From an uncultured virus (IMG/VR IMGVR_UViG_3300042891_000356) (Duplodnaviria > Heunggongvirae > Uroviricota > Caudoviricetes), in IMG/VR virus record IMGVR_UViG_3300042891_000356: a stretch of DNA of 64,000 nucleotides; one strand, given 5' to 3'. This document shows, piece after piece, positions 1-10,149 of this stretch. Made by a program: the position numbers and the translations under genes. Under the pieces are notes generated by a model. The model did no database searches and was not told the DNA's origin. It saw nothing but the letters and a program-made list of their open reading frames with translations. How positions within the stretch are numbered: position 1 is the stretch's first letter; each line of letters begins with the position of its first letter.

Positions 1-419
1 AGAACCCAGTTAACGGATTAGAGTATGGACACATGGGTGTAATTGCGTACAACAAACGCCTTGTGCAGGAAACAACAGAAACAGGACTAGACTTTACATT
101 GAGTGCTGCACACGCTGTAGTGCCTCTGCTAAGTGCTACAGCGCATTATAATACTACACCTGAACTAACATGGCGCACTGCGTTCAGAGAGTGTATCAAA
201 CTTAAAGATGACGTAGAGCGCACAGGCAGTATTGAAAGTCGTTATCGGTTAGACGTATGGTTAACAACGGCTGAAGGTAACTGTGCTGAATCAAGTTTAC
301 AAGGTGCACAGGACGCACTAGAATATTACAATGATGTTGCTGGTGATATGGATCAACTAATGCTGACGTTTGAATGGGCGTGGTTGAAACAGTATTACGC
401 TAAAAAGTATATTGTTTAA
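1..419 (+). CDS. 5'-truncated phage protein, probably glycosyltransferase-2-like C-terminal part
   Basis: Frame is open upstream of ATG 33 to the window edge (NPVNGLEYGHMGVIAYNK...WRTAFRECIKL). This motif recurs in glycosylation-cluster genes of large phages. Adjacent to sugar enzymes. Confidence 0.45.
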   Translation, partial: NPVNGLEYGHMGVIAYNKRLVQETTETGLDFTLSAAHAVVPLLSATAHYNTTPELTWRTAFRECIKLKDDVERTGSIESRYRLDVWLTTAEGNCAESSLQGAQDALEYYNDVAGDMDQLMLTFEWAWLKQYYAKKYIV

Positions 420-1503
420 TTATATCTACAATATATTCTACTTCACTATCTGTTAGTTCTGGGTAAATTGGAATACTTAAACAGGTACGACTAAAGTCTT
501 CTGCACCTTGTAGTACACCCGGATCAAAATTACCGGATACGCTAAGTGTATGTAATGGCATACCGTAATGTATCCGTGTTTCAACACCGTGCTGAGTTAA
601 ATAATCTTGGAGCATGCGTCTATATTCAGTATGGAATACAAACTTACTCCACGCATGTTCTACCTTACCGTCGATAGGTATTAAATCTACATAGCCATCT
701 AGTTCGCTGTTGTAGTATTCAGCAATTTGTGTTCTACGCTTCTGCCAACTATCAAAGTGTTTTAGTTTGACCAGCATCTGAGCACAGTCGCTTTCACTCA
801 TCTTACTGTTAGTACCGGCAACATTATGATCATGGAACTTGCCATTGTCGCGATAGCTACGGCACAGTTCTGCAAAGTCTGCATCATCTGTAAGTATCAT
901 GCCACCTGAGCCGTAGTTGTTTAAGTTCTTAGTAGGATCAAAACTTAATACACTTATATCACCTAACTTACCACTGGGTACACCACGATAGTATGCACCA
1001 AACGATTGTGCGGCATCTTCTATAACCGGTATACTATGCGTATTCCAAAAGTCTTTATAGGTCTGTAGTTTATCGTAGTCAATAACATTACCAAACAAGT
1101 TTACATACATAACCGCCGCTAGTTCATCTGGTGGTACGTCTATTTTATTTAAATCAATTAAGCCAGATACAGGATCTACATCACAGAATACAGGATCCAT
1201 GCCTGCTTCTATAACTGCATTAACTGTAGCAACAAAACTTTGTGAGGGAATTAGAACTTTGTTCTTTTTGAATAGACTGTAAAAGTCTATGTTGCGTAAG
1301 GCAAAGATAAGAGCTTGTGTGCCACTGTTGACTGCAATGGCATGACGTCGTTCGGACATTTTTGCTACTGTAGATTCGAAGTTTTTGGTGTGTACACCAT
1401 CGAGCACCCGACCAGAAGTATATACTTGATCCGTTACATCAAGTATTTCTTCTCTAATATTAGCGTACTGTCTATCTACGCCAAAGAACTGGATTTTGCT
1501 CAT
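400..1503 (-). CDS. DegT/DnrJ/EryC1/StrS PLP-dependent sugar aminotransferase
   Basis: NSGTQAL, IEDAAQSFG, SFDPTKNL (PLP lysine), GGMILTDD, CLSIPIYP motifs. Confidence 0.93.
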   Translation of the reverse strand: MSKIQFFGVDRQYANIREEILDVTDQVYTSGRVLDGVHTKNFESTVAKMSERRHAIAVNSGTQALIFALRNIDFYSLFKKNKVLIPSQSFVATVNAVIEAGMDPVFCDVDPVSGLIDLNKIDVPPDELAAVMYVNLFGNVIDYDKLQTYKDFWNTHSIPVIEDAAQSFGAYYRGVPSGKLGDISVLSFDPTKNLNNYGSGGMILTDDADFAELCRSYRDNGKFHDHNVAGTNSKMSESDCAQMLVKLKHFDSWQKRRTQIAEYYNSELDGYVDLIPIDGKVEHAWSKFVFHTEYRRMLQDYLTQHGVETRIHYGMPLHTLSVSGNFDPGVLQGAEDFSRTCLSIPIYPELTDSEVEYIVDIIKQYTF

Positions 1504-2437
1504 ACCAAGCGTGGTACCTTTGAAAGCCTTCTTCTACATTTACTTTAGGATTATACCCTAGCTCTCGTTGAGCACGACTAATATCTAAACGACCACGTTT
1601 AGGGAAACTTAAATCACGTGGTGCTATTTCCAAACTACCTTGTCCTGCAATCTTAACAGCAAGCTCGGCGGCATCTTTTAAGTTCCATTGACGCTCTTCG
1701 CTACGTGTAATGTTGTAGATATTACCATTAGCAGCATCTTTAGTAGCCGCAAGTACAATGCCCATAGCAGTGTCTTCTACGTAGGTAAAGTCTAAGACTT
1801 CATCTGGACCATTTACTTTGAGGGTTTCACCACGCATGGCTTTAGTTACAAACTTACTAACCACACGATCCTCTACGTCCCACTCACCATATACGGCACT
1901 TGGTCGAATAATTACATGTTCAAAGCAACCACGTCGACTGTAGTCTTCTACTAGTTTCTCACCCATGTACTTCATAATACCATATTGTCCCTGTGGATTA
2001 CACAGAGCAGATTCATTTACATCGGCAGTAAAGTCACCATAGACCATACTTGAACTAATATAAACAAACTTCTTAACACTGTGTCGTTTACAAGATTCTA
2101 ATAGGTTAATTAAGCCTGTGCTCATTACCTCACTAGCCACAGCTGGATTCTGTTCTACTACTTTTTGTCGAGGAAAGCTAGCCATGTGTATAACTACATC
2201 AACTTCGCTAAGGCCGAGCATAGTATCTAATTTACTTTGATCACGTATGTCAATAGGATATACTTCTGAAGCGAAACGACGACTGCGATGTTGACTTAGA
2301 TAGTTAATCTCTGATTGCGGAATAAAACCATATCCTGTGTTGGTGTCAACTACAACACATTCGTGTCCTTGACTTTCTAATATACGTGTAACATTGTGCC
2401 CAATAAAGCCAGCACCGCCTGTGATTAAGTATTTCAT
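1472..2437 (-). CDS. NAD-dependent nucleotide-sugar epimerase/dehydratase
   Basis: TGGAGFIG Rossmann motif, SSSMVYG, YGIMK (YxxxK), DFTYVED. Confidence 0.93.
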   Translation of the reverse strand: MKYLITGGAGFIGHNVTRILESQGHECVVVDTNTGYGFIPQSEINYLSQHRSRRFASEVYPIDIRDQSKLDTMLGLSEVDVVIHMASFPRQKVVEQNPAVASEVMSTGLINLLESCKRHSVKKFVYISSSMVYGDFTADVNESALCNPQGQYGIMKYMGEKLVEDYSRRGCFEHVIIRPSAVYGEWDVEDRVVSKFVTKAMRGETLKVNGPDEVLDFTYVEDTAMGIVLAATKDAANGNIYNITRSEERQWNLKDAAELAVKIAGQGSLEIAPRDLSFPKRGRLDISRAQRELGYNPKVNVEEGFQRYHAWYEQNPVLWRR

Positions 2438-2601
2438 TACCGTCCCCGACCTGCTGATTTTTTAGTTGGTTTATTTGAAGTTACTTGACCTTTGGGTGTA
2501 GCTTTACCTGTGTCTACAGTAAGGTCCGTATTAGCGCCTTGTTGTTCGGCCTGTTTCTTTTCTAATGCAGCTTTAACTAAATCTTTTAGTGATGCCATCA
2601 T
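2437..2601 (-). CDS. small basic hypothetical protein (54 aa, not in ORF track)
   Basis: MMASLKDLVKAALEKKQ...KKSAGRGR*; ATGA overlap upstream and TAATG overlap downstream fill the gap exactly. Confidence 0.65.
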   Translation of the reverse strand: MMASLKDLVKAALEKKQAEQQGANTDLTVDTGKATPKGQVTSNKPTKKSAGRGR

Positions 2602-2918
2602 TTCCACTCCGCTTGATGTTGAAAAAATCGTAGACTATAATCTACATATTGTCTTTCAGTTAAGTCACCGTATATAATACACATCTTGCCAAATGAATAG
2701 TATATGTCGTCTTCCATCCACGCTAGAGTAATATCATTATCTTTAACCCATTCTGCCTGTGGAGTTAATTTAAATTCTTCAGCAATCTGCCAAAATCTGT
2801 CAGACATAGTTTTATCAACATCATCGGTAAATGTGCTGGTAAAGAATCTTACACGATGGGTATTAGATTTCTTAGACTGCCATTGGTGCTTTAATGCTTG
2901 CGAGTGATTTATAGCCAT
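2598..2918 (-). CDS. hypothetical protein
   Basis: 106-aa ORF co-oriented in the operon; start uncertain because it overlaps the thyA end. Confidence 0.55.
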   Translation of the reverse strand: MAINHSQALKHQWQSKKSNTHRVRFFTSTFTDDVDKTMSDRFWQIAEEFKLTPQAEWVKDNDITLAWMEDDIYYSFGKMCIIYGDLTERQYVDYSLRFFQHQAEWK

Positions 2919-3750
2919 TTAGTTTAAAGTCTTCCATGGTAAATTTAGTGATGTCTGTAACATCTGGGTTGATCCAAAGTTGTGGTGCAGGTAATGGTTC
3001 ACGTTGCAGTTGTTCGTTTACCTGATCTACATGATTCAAATATATGTGAGCATCACCAAGTACATGAACAAACTCGCCTACCCCAAGGCCACACACTTGG
3101 GCTACCATATGCGTTAGCAGGCTGTAGGATGCTATGTTAAAAGGAACTCCTAAGAACATATCGCATGATCGCTGATACATTTGACACGACAACTTATTAT
3201 CTGCACTGACATAAAACTGTGCAAAACAATGACATGGAGGCAAGGCCATTTGATCTAACTCGCCTGGGTTCCAAGCAGTTAGAATATGTCTACGACCGTA
3301 TGGATCCTTTTTAATGCCTTCTACTAATTGCAGTAGTTGGTCAACACCACCTTCTACGGACTCTGAACTACTGATCCACTTTTTAGATCCATTGCGCCAA
3401 TGACGCCATTGTACTCCGTAGACACGACCTAGGTCACCGTCAAACTTTGCTTTAGGAGTCCAGTAAGTTGCTGTGGCATTGGCAGTCCAGATGGTACTCT
3501 TTTCAGAGTCCCTACTACCATGTAATAACTCTCGTAGGCGCTTTTCATCACCCGAACCTTCAATGAACCACAACAACTCACTGAGACATGCTTTGAACGC
3601 TAACCGCTTGGTAGTAACAGCTGGAAAGCCCTTACTTAAATCGTAGCGTTGTTGCATACCAAACACACCAATTGTACCTGTTGATGTGCGGTCTGGTCTT
3701 ATTGTACCATTGTCTAAGACAAATTTTAAAGAATCAAGATATGTTTTCAT
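2872..3750 (-). CDS. thyA: thymidylate synthase ThyA
   Basis: DRTSTGT, ELLWFI, YGVQWR, MALPPCH (catalytic Cys), YQRSCDMFLGVPFNIASY, GDAHIY. Confidence 0.98.
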   Translation of the reverse strand: MKTYLDSLKFVLDNGTIRPDRTSTGTIGVFGMQQRYDLSKGFPAVTTKRLAFKACLSELLWFIEGSGDEKRLRELLHGSRDSEKSTIWTANATATYWTPKAKFDGDLGRVYGVQWRHWRNGSKKWISSSESVEGGVDQLLQLVEGIKKDPYGRRHILTAWNPGELDQMALPPCHCFAQFYVSADNKLSCQMYQRSCDMFLGVPFNIASYSLLTHMVAQVCGLGVGEFVHVLGDAHIYLNHVDQVNEQLQREPLPAPQLWINPDVTDITKFTMEDFKLNGYKSLASIKAPMAV

Positions 3751-3756
3751 AATATT

Positions 3757-3785
3757 ATTATAACAGTGATAGTTCTATAAGTCAA
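3757..3785 (-). promoter_or_regulatory. sigma70-type promoter of thyA (leaderless geometry)
   Basis: TTGACT-N17-TATAAT, then 6 nt to ATG. Confidence 0.8.
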
Positions 3786-4289
3786 CTACTTAAAAAACAT
3801 TACGCGGTCCCACGTTTCGTAGGTGCAGTTATCGCCGGGTTTGACTGACTTGATTTGAAAACATGCTAGCATACTTTCTAATTGAATACGTGTGTCAGTA
3901 AACCAAGCACCTTTGATACGTGTGAGTAATACTCTATCAACAATACTTTCTGTTGCTTCGTATAGTTGTCGACCACCAATAACATACACATCCTTAGCGG
4001 GATTATCCTTTTGTAACTGTAGTATATTCTCTACAGGATTACTAGGAATCCATTTAACTAGGTGTTGATATTGTTGTGCTACATGTCGACTACTGACAAC
4101 ATAGTTTTCACGATTGGGCAATGGTTTGGGCATCTTAGGATCATCCCAGGTGTTACGACCCATGACTACAATATTACCTGTAGTGTGTTGAGCAAACCAC
4201 CGCATGTCTTCTTTATTATGAGGCCAAGGCAAGGTACCTCTATTACCAATACCACCAGTATTGGTGCTAGCTAGAATAGATATAATCAT
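3786..4289 (-). CDS. folA: dihydrofolate reductase
   Basis: IGNRGTLPW, EDMRWF, VVMGRNTW, PLPNRENYV, VIGG motifs; adjacent to thyA. Confidence 0.96.
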   Translation of the reverse strand: MIISILASTNTGGIGNRGTLPWPHNKEDMRWFAQHTTGNIVVMGRNTWDDPKMPKPLPNRENYVVSSRHVAQQYQHLVKWIPSNPVENILQLQKDNPAKDVYVIGGRQLYEATESIVDRVLLTRIKGAWFTDTRIQLESMLACFQIKSVKPGDNCTYETWDRVMFFK

Positions 4290-4576
4290 AGGTTCTTAAG
4301 TACCTTGTCTGTCTCAGGTTGCACAGCACCAACAACTTTGTCAAGGTCAATAAAGAAGTCTACAGTTTCAATATACTCATCTAAGTCATGAAATTTAGCA
4401 TTGAGTAGTTCTTCAATATCATCTGGGTGTTGTCCGTCGTCGAGTAATTGTTTAACATCAATTGAAAGATCGGTGCCATCAACGAGCTTAACGATAATAC
4501 GTTGTAGCACAGTAACTGGCACTTCTTTCTTATCAACGTCTCTAACAATATCTTGCCAACGTTTCTTAACACTCAT
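4286..4576 (-). CDS. hypothetical protein
   Basis: ORF 4286-4642; more likely start at MSVKKRW (4576), which avoids the overlap. Confidence 0.6.
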   Translation of the reverse strand: MSVKKRWQDIVRDVDKKEVPVTVLQRIIVKLVDGTDLSIDVKQLLDDGQHPDDIEELLNAKFHDLDEYIETVDFFIDLDKVVGAVQPETDKVLKNL

Positions 4577-4601
4577 GTTGACTTTCTTGCCGGGTGTTGA
4601 T

Positions 4602-5309
4602 TTACGCCGCGGCTTTTTTGGTTGTGGTAGGTTTTCTGGCATTTGTTTTCTTCGCAGGTGTTGTTGTAGTTGTTGTAGTTGCTTTTGCTACTTTTGCCTT
4701 AGTTACCTTAGGTGCTAGTGCGTTTGCTTCTTCTTTTAAACGTTTTGCTTCTGCTAATAAAGTTTTAGCTTCTGCTTCCATTTTAGTAGCTTGTGCTATG
4801 CGTTGATTTGCGATATCAGCATCAGATAACACGCCATCTGTATTAACACTAGCTGATGTAGTATTTACACTTTCTGCCGTAGTCCTCGCTGGCTCACCCA
4901 ACTCTCTACCTTCCCATCTTTGTCCTGCATCTGCCTTGGCTAATTTTTCAGTTGCGGCTTCACCTTTAGCAATTTCATTTAGTAAGGTGTTTAATTCATC
5001 TAAGCGTACTGAACTAGCTGAAGTTGGAGTTACAATAACTTGGTTAGTTGGTACCTTTGACATTAACCCACCGCGATGAATTGCAGTTAAACAATTTTGA
5101 CCATCTGCCATAGTATGACGGAATAGTGCATCGGCGAAATCGTTAGCCTGTTGACCAACATCGCTTTCTAACACTTTCATTAATTCATCATGAATGCGCA
5201 TTGGTAATGTTTCACTGTAAATTACCAAACACATATGATCTTCATCTGGAACTTGTCTATATGCAATAACAACTCGTTTGTTATTGTGTCTACCTACGTG
5301 CTTAATCAT
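4602..5309 (-). CDS. conserved phage hypothetical protein with coiled coil and Lys/Thr-rich tail
   Basis: Probable start MIKHVG at 5309; C-terminal KAKVAKATTTTTTTPAKK tail. Confidence 0.7.
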   Translation of the reverse strand: MIKHVGRHNNKRVVIAYRQVPDEDHMCLVIYSETLPMRIHDELMKVLESDVGQQANDFADALFRHTMADGQNCLTAIHRGGLMSKVPTNQVIVTPTSASSVRLDELNTLLNEIAKGEAATEKLAKADAGQRWEGRELGEPARTTAESVNTTSASVNTDGVLSDADIANQRIAQATKMEAEAKTLLAEAKRLKEEANALAPKVTKAKVAKATTTTTTTPAKKTNARKPTTTKKAAA

Positions 5310-5310
5310 C

Positions 5311-5568
5311 TTATTGCTCCTGTGCAGCGGTTTCTTCTGGCTTAGTAATTGCACCAACGCTGTCTAAAAATGCAATTAATTTATTGTATAACGTACCAAC
5401 ATTCTGCAACTCTTCGGCACGATATGCACCGCGTTGAGTGGTAAGTTGGATGATTTGTGCTACGAGAATTAAGTCTTGTAGTGTTAAACTTGGTGCTGCT
5501 GGTTGTTGTGTTTCTGTAGATGCAACAGGCGTTGAATCTTCTGTTGCGGTTGTTTCTGCTTTGGCCAT
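5311..5568 (-). CDS. hypothetical protein
   Basis: 85 aa, AGGAG RBS, upstream TAAATA motif. Confidence 0.7.
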   Translation of the reverse strand: MAKAETTATEDSTPVASTETQQPAAPSLTLQDLILVAQIIQLTTQRGAYRAEELQNVGTLYNKLIAFLDSVGAITKPEETAAQEQ

Positions 5569-5628
5569 TAAAAAGTTCTCCTTGGGATAACTTTATTTAC
5601 CATGGTCTAAACAGGTGGAAATATTTTA

Positions 5629-5919
5629 TTACCACATAATATTAGATTGATTAAGTTGGGGTAGGAATAAGGCAAAGTAACTGGCTTCTGCGGCTAGTTC
5701 AAAGGCAATACATTGTTGACGTGCGATAACACCAGAAGGTTGCTTGACATCGATCTGTCCGGAGTAGAAACGTCCTTCTAAGTTTTCATACAGCCAGTCT
5801 ACTAGATCCTTGTCTTGTACAGCGAGATCAAACAACACGGGTGTGAAGTGTGGTGGACAGTGACTGAGTTGTCTTAATCCGTGTATGTTAAGTGGATTTG
5901 GTTCAAGGTGTTTAAGCAT
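5629..5919 (-). CDS. hypothetical protein
   Basis: 96-aa ORF with TAATG coupling to the upstream gene. Confidence 0.65.
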   Translation of the reverse strand: MLKHLEPNPLNIHGLRQLSHCPPHFTPVLFDLAVQDKDLVDWLYENLEGRFYSGQIDVKQPSGVIARQQCIAFELAAEASYFALFLPQLNQSNIMW

Positions 5920-6089
5920 TATTTTAAATTCATGATACGACTAATTTCAGCCTGAGCTTCTGTACAATCTAACTGCTCTTCAAAAATATCATCCCAGGTT
6001 GTTTCTTCTGCCAGGATAAATTCCGGAGTTGAAATAACATGCTTATAGGCAATCTTCCACACACCCCATTTAGATTCATTTGGATTCAT
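5919..6089 (-). CDS. small hypothetical protein (56 aa, not in ORF track)
   Basis: MNPNESKWGVWKIAYKH...RIMNLK*; AAGGA RBS; fills the gap. Confidence 0.6.
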   Translation of the reverse strand: MNPNESKWGVWKIAYKHVISTPEFILAEETTWDDIFEEQLDCTEAQAEISRIMNLK

Positions 6090-6098
6090 TTACTTTCC

Positions 6099-6554
6099 TT
6101 AATCTCTAGCATCACCAAAGTCGCTGTACCATTTATTTACTTCATCATAGGCGTCGCCGATTCCTTTACTTTTGTAATTACCTAAATGTGGAATAACATT
6201 TCGCACGCCACCGCGTGGATCAGTAACATCACCCTTGCGTCGAGGAATCATATGTACATGTGGCCAAGCAACTGTTTGTCCGGCCGCTTCACCAACATTA
6301 ATGCCAATGTTATATCCATCACAGTTACCTTCGGCAACCATACGTTGTCCTTGCGCAATGGCATCAGCTACTGCGTCGGCTAACACATCTACGGTATTAT
6401 ACTTAGGCACAAACAGCAGGTGCCCGTAGCTGACAGGAAAGCCATCTTTAAAAATAGCAATGTGAAAGTCTTCTTCTACTAATGTAGTCCACGGTGCTTG
6501 TTCGGGTGTACATTCGCTTAATTCATAGGGCAATGATTCAATTATTTTTGTCAT
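6099..6554 (-). CDS. HIT family nucleotide hydrolase
   Basis: FPVSYGHLLFVPK, GYNIGINVGEAAGQTV, PHVHMIPRR; start MTKIIES at 6554. Confidence 0.92.
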   Translation of the reverse strand: MTKIIESLPYELSECTPEQAPWTTLVEEDFHIAIFKDGFPVSYGHLLFVPKYNTVDVLADAVADAIAQGQRMVAEGNCDGYNIGINVGEAAGQTVAWPHVHMIPRRKGDVTDPRGGVRNVIPHLGNYKSKGIGDAYDEVNKWYSDFGDARD

Positions 6555-6564
6555 AGTATTTTTC

Positions 6565-7011
6565 CTAAAATGGTATTGCACTGTAATCAACTTCGTCGTC
6601 AATATCGTACTCTTCTTCAAGATGCAAGCGCCATTCGTCAACACTGGTACATCCGACAGTGCCTTTAACTTCACGACCAGTTTTAATGGTGCGTAGTAAT
6701 TGCCGATTACGTTCGACTTGTTCTTTTTCCTTACGTTTCTTATCATTGCCAAGTTTAAGCATCTCTTCGTAGCCGCGAGCCCATTCAACGCCAGTTAACC
6801 AGGTATTGATCTCCTCAAGTGTACCTATAAAGATATCGGCATCACGACTGTAGTGTGGTAAACAATCTTCCTTAGGTTTTAAACAGATATAACTTATAAT
6901 GTTGTTAGCACCATAGTTATAATTAGCTGAAGAAGAAAACTTAAACCCAAGCTCTTCTGCTCGAGCTTCTACACGTTTCATACGCTGTACATCATCCCAA
7001 CCTAAAGCCAT
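6565..7011 (-). CDS. hypothetical protein
   Basis: 148-aa ORF, acidic C-terminus ending in IPF. Confidence 0.65.
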   Translation of the reverse strand: MALGWDDVQRMKRVEARAEELGFKFSSSANYNYGANNIISYICLKPKEDCLPHYSRDADIFIGTLEEINTWLTGVEWARGYEEMLKLGNDKKRKEKEQVERNRQLLRTIKTGREVKGTVGCTSVDEWRLHLEEEYDIDDEVDYSAIPF

Positions 7012-7475
7012 TATCGTTTCTCCAATTCTTTTATAAAGTCTTCAGCAAGCATACCGGAACTTGCGCCTTTATAGTTAGGATCATCACCGGCACTTAAACT
7101 TGGATCCCATACCCACATAGGAGTTGGTTTAGAAGTAGTTGGTGTACCGATCGGACCAAACGGACTGCCCGGATTGTATGGTGGTGTAAATGGTTCAACT
7201 TGACGCTTTTGTTGATCCCATTTAATCTTGTTTAGATCATCTTCTAAACGACCTAATCGTTGATTAAGATTGCGCATATCCTCAAACACACGTGCTAGCG
7301 GACCGTTGCGTAGCATTTGATCAGGATGTTCTGATGTACACAGCACAGTTATAGTCATAAGCGCACGTAAGGCGTCTTTAATGCGTTGATCATCAGACTC
7401 TAGTGCAGAATCAATTACCCGAACAATCTGTTCAAGATCGTAGTCTTTTTGGTCTTTTAGCCTACCTGTACTCAT
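7011..7475 (-). CDS. hypothetical protein
   Basis: 154-aa ORF, translationally coupled. Confidence 0.65.
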   Translation of the reverse strand: MSTGRLKDQKDYDLEQIVRVIDSALESDDQRIKDALRALMTITVLCTSEHPDQMLRNGPLARVFEDMRNLNQRLGRLEDDLNKIKWDQQKRQVEPFTPPYNPGSPFGPIGTPTTSKPTPMWVWDPSLSAGDDPNYKGASSGMLAEDFIKELEKR

Positions 7476-7810
7476 TACTCAACCACCTCTAACTTAGGTT
7501 TGGTTTTAAGTCGAGTTACATTCTTTGGCTTTTCTGGAGTAGCAGGTCTATAGTGGGTTGCTACTTCCACAATAGGAAAAACCCAAGAATTCTCTTCTTT
7601 ATTATCACCAAAGAAGTATTCTAACAATTTCTTACCAAACCCTTTACGGTTTGGCACAGCCATAACCATTATTTTACCCGACAATTCATTATACTGTTCG
7701 GTGGTGATGTATTTGTACTTCCATAGATAAGCAAGTGTGTCGTGTGTAGCACTAGACATTTGCTCTGCTAACTCTGTAGGACTATAACTAAAACTTTGAT
7801 ATACTGACAT
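7475..7810 (-). CDS. hypothetical protein
   Basis: 111-aa ORF, translationally coupled. Confidence 0.65.
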   Translation of the reverse strand: MSVYQSFSYSPTELAEQMSSATHDTLAYLWKYKYITTEQYNELSGKIMVMAVPNRKGFGKKLLEYFFGDNKEENSWVFPIVEVATHYRPATPEKPKNVTRLKTKPKLEVVE

Positions 7811-9090
7811 TAATTGGATCCTTTCGATAAATCATAATAAGCTGTAATACCAAACGGCGCTTCGATACTAGTAGTACCGTGTATTACAAATAATGTGTCT
7901 GCGTAACTCTCGTCACCCCAACCACCACCTGGGTAACCATCTGTAAACATAATAAACAATTTTGGCGCAATTTCATTTTCACGCATAAATTCCCAGTTAC
8001 ATTCAAAGTCTGTACCGCCACCACCTTGTAATTCGTAAGTGTCAATATCGTCAATGTTATCTGGCGTGAATTTTTCGTAACCATAAACATCTGTATCAAA
8101 TGACCATACATCAAGTTTAAAGTCGTCAAACGCCTCCATAATACCTTTAACTTCACTTAAGATATCACGCAACATACCTTCACTCATACTGCCCGACGCA
8201 TCAATGCTAACACTAACATCAATTGTTTCTGCAAAGTTGCTACCTGGCAAAATTGCATCTAAATGTTGCCCTTTTCTATTCATACGTGCCCAGGTAAAGT
8301 CAGCACGTACTAAACTCTGTACCTGTTGTCTAATCAGTTCACGCCAGTTTAGTTGTGGGTTTGTTAGCTTATTAATCAAACGTTTAACACCCATTGGCAA
8401 GTTACCTGCACCTGCCGCTTCTGCCGCTTGTAGTACAGCTTCGCGTATTTCGTCACGCAATGCTTTCTTTTCTTCAGCAGTCATTTTAGCAGGGCGACCA
8501 TCTTTGCCCTCACCGTTGCCGTCACTATCGCCTTCACCAGCATCGTCATCATCATCTAAGTGTTCATCTAACAATTGTTTAAGCAAATCATTAACGTTAA
8601 TTTTTTCAGCGTTTTCATACAGCAAGTCATACACTTCTTCTGAGCTCATTCCTGCATATTTTTTATCATACAAAATAGGCACACTTGTAATTTTCTCGCC
8701 AATCTTGCTGTCAATTAAATCAGCATTAACACAATAGTCTGCCGCAACGTTATACAACTGCCCATCTCTATCTTGTCTACGTCCCATGTGATCGTAAACT
8801 ACATGCAACACTTCGTGCCCTACTAAAAACTCCACTTGTTTCTGAGGCAGTTTGTTTACAAATTCACTGTTATAGTAAAAGTTACGTCCGTCTGTAGCCG
8901 CAGTGCTACACCATTCGTCTGCATTAACTAATTTTAAGCGTGTTGCTAAGTTACCAAAAAACGGCGCCTTAAGCAATAGCGCAATACGTGCCGTAATAAG
9001 TTTTTCACGTACAGCCGCATCAATACGTGCGTCTGTTACTGTTACAACTTTTTTCTTTTCTGCGCTAGTTGTTGCTGTTGCTGTAGACAT
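7810..9090 (-). CDS. DUF2201-type putative metallopeptidase + VWA domain protein (MoxR partner)
   Basis: TAATDG, HEVLH (HExxH), acidic linker, DASGSM MIDAS motif, GGGGTDF, FTDG. Confidence 0.9.
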   Translation of the reverse strand: MSTATATTSAEKKKVVTVTDARIDAAVREKLITARIALLLKAPFFGNLATRLKLVNADEWCSTAATDGRNFYYNSEFVNKLPQKQVEFLVGHEVLHVVYDHMGRRQDRDGQLYNVAADYCVNADLIDSKIGEKITSVPILYDKKYAGMSSEEVYDLLYENAEKINVNDLLKQLLDEHLDDDDDAGEGDSDGNGEGKDGRPAKMTAEEKKALRDEIREAVLQAAEAAGAGNLPMGVKRLINKLTNPQLNWRELIRQQVQSLVRADFTWARMNRKGQHLDAILPGSNFAETIDVSVSIDASGSMSEGMLRDILSEVKGIMEAFDDFKLDVWSFDTDVYGYEKFTPDNIDDIDTYELQGGGGTDFECNWEFMRENEIAPKLFIMFTDGYPGGGWGDESYADTLFVIHGTTSIEAPFGITAYYDLSKGSN

Positions 9091-9120
9091 TTACTACTCC
9101 TAATCGTTTACTATAAAGCT

Positions 9121-9149
9121 ATTATACATTCGAATGATAATTCTGTCAA
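9121..9149 (-). promoter_or_regulatory. sigma70 consensus promoter
   Basis: TTGACA-N17-TATAAT upstream of the VWA gene; AGGAG RBS. Confidence 0.85.
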
Positions 9150-9162
9150 GTAGAATTGTGTC

Positions 9163-9170
9163 TATAAATA
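9163..9170 (+). promoter_or_regulatory. T4-type late promoter TATAAATA
   Basis: Exact TATAAATA 4 nt before ATG 9175 of the plus-strand radical SAM gene. Confidence 0.6.
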
Positions 9171-9174
9171 CTTG

Positions 9175-10149
9175 ATGAAATACTGTTCGGCACCCTGGGA
9201 CACGGCCCATATTAATTACTCATCTCAAATGTCTGGCTGTTTTTGTGGAGTCTGGCACAAAAAAGGCGACATAGGTAGTGCAGCAGTACACCCAATTAGC
9301 TTTCTTTTTAATTCACAATCACAACAAGAATTTCGTGCTAGTATCATTGACCAGTCGTTCGAATACTGTAAAGCAGATACATGCGTAAACTTTTATCGAA
9401 TGGACCAAGTGGACCAAATCAGCTACGATCCAAATAAGGTTTACTTACCTACTACCTTACAATTGCAAATTGATCCAGTGTGTAATTTAAAATGTAGTAT
9501 CTGCCGCCGCAACAACATTTATTATACCAAAGCTCGTCCGGAAGCTGTGCAAATTTTAAATAACATAGCCACCGAATATCAAAATTTTGAAGGCAAAGTA
9601 AATGTCCACTGCGACGGGTCTGGAGAAGTATTTGTTAGTCGTGCTTATTTAGATTTCTTCCGTCGAGAAGATCTTCCTAAATGTTTTCATTTTAATATAC
9701 AAACCAACGGCAATCTAATTACCAAGAATATGGATATAATTTTAAAATTACAATCTCAATTGGAAATGGTAGTAGTTAGTCTAGATGCTGCAACTGAAGA
9801 AACCTACAAAATTGTCCGCGGCGGAAACTTTAGTATTGTACTTGATGGTATAGTTGAACTAAAAAAATTAGGTATTAAAGTTTGGACTGAATATATTGTA
9901 CAAACGGCCAATTACCAAGAAATTCCAGCGTATGTTAACTTGTGTAAAGAGTTAGGTGTTAATAAAATATCTCTACAACTTATGAGTTTTATGAATCATA
10001 TGACACCGGACTGGTGGAATGCTAATTCAGTAGAAGCTAGCCTAACTGTAGATAAACAATACCTAATTTCGATATTAACTGAATTAACGAACGATCCACA
10101 AGTAGAAATTTGTGGCGGCCTTGAATACTTGCTTATTAAATCAGTTTGA
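9175..10149 (+). CDS. radical SAM protein with Cys-rich N-terminal (SPASM/twitch-like) domain
   Basis: CNLKCSIC (CxxxCxxC), GSGEVF, QTNG, VSLDAAT; N-terminal CSAPW...CFC...C...C. Confidence 0.85.
   Translation: MKYCSAPWDTAHINYSSQMSGCFCGVWHKKGDIGSAAVHPISFLFNSQSQQEFRASIIDQSFEYCKADTCVNFYRMDQVDQISYDPNKVYLPTTLQLQIDPVCNLKCSICRRNNIYYTKARPEAVQILNNIATEYQNFEGKVNVHCDGSGEVFVSRAYLDFFRREDLPKCFHFNIQTNGNLITKNMDIILKLQSQLEMVVVSLDAATEETYKIVRGGNFSIVLDGIVELKKLGIKVWTEYIVQTANYQEIPAYVNLCKELGVNKISLQLMSFMNHMTPDWWNANSVEASLTVDKQYLISILTELTNDPQVEICGGLEYLLIKSV

Noticed and set aside
6555..6788. Long N-terminal extensions given in the ORF track (HIT, queD, folE, GT, SOD, 41871, 56869)
   Set aside because: They overlap upstream genes or promoters; downstream ATGs with RBS or coupling fit the family N-termini better.
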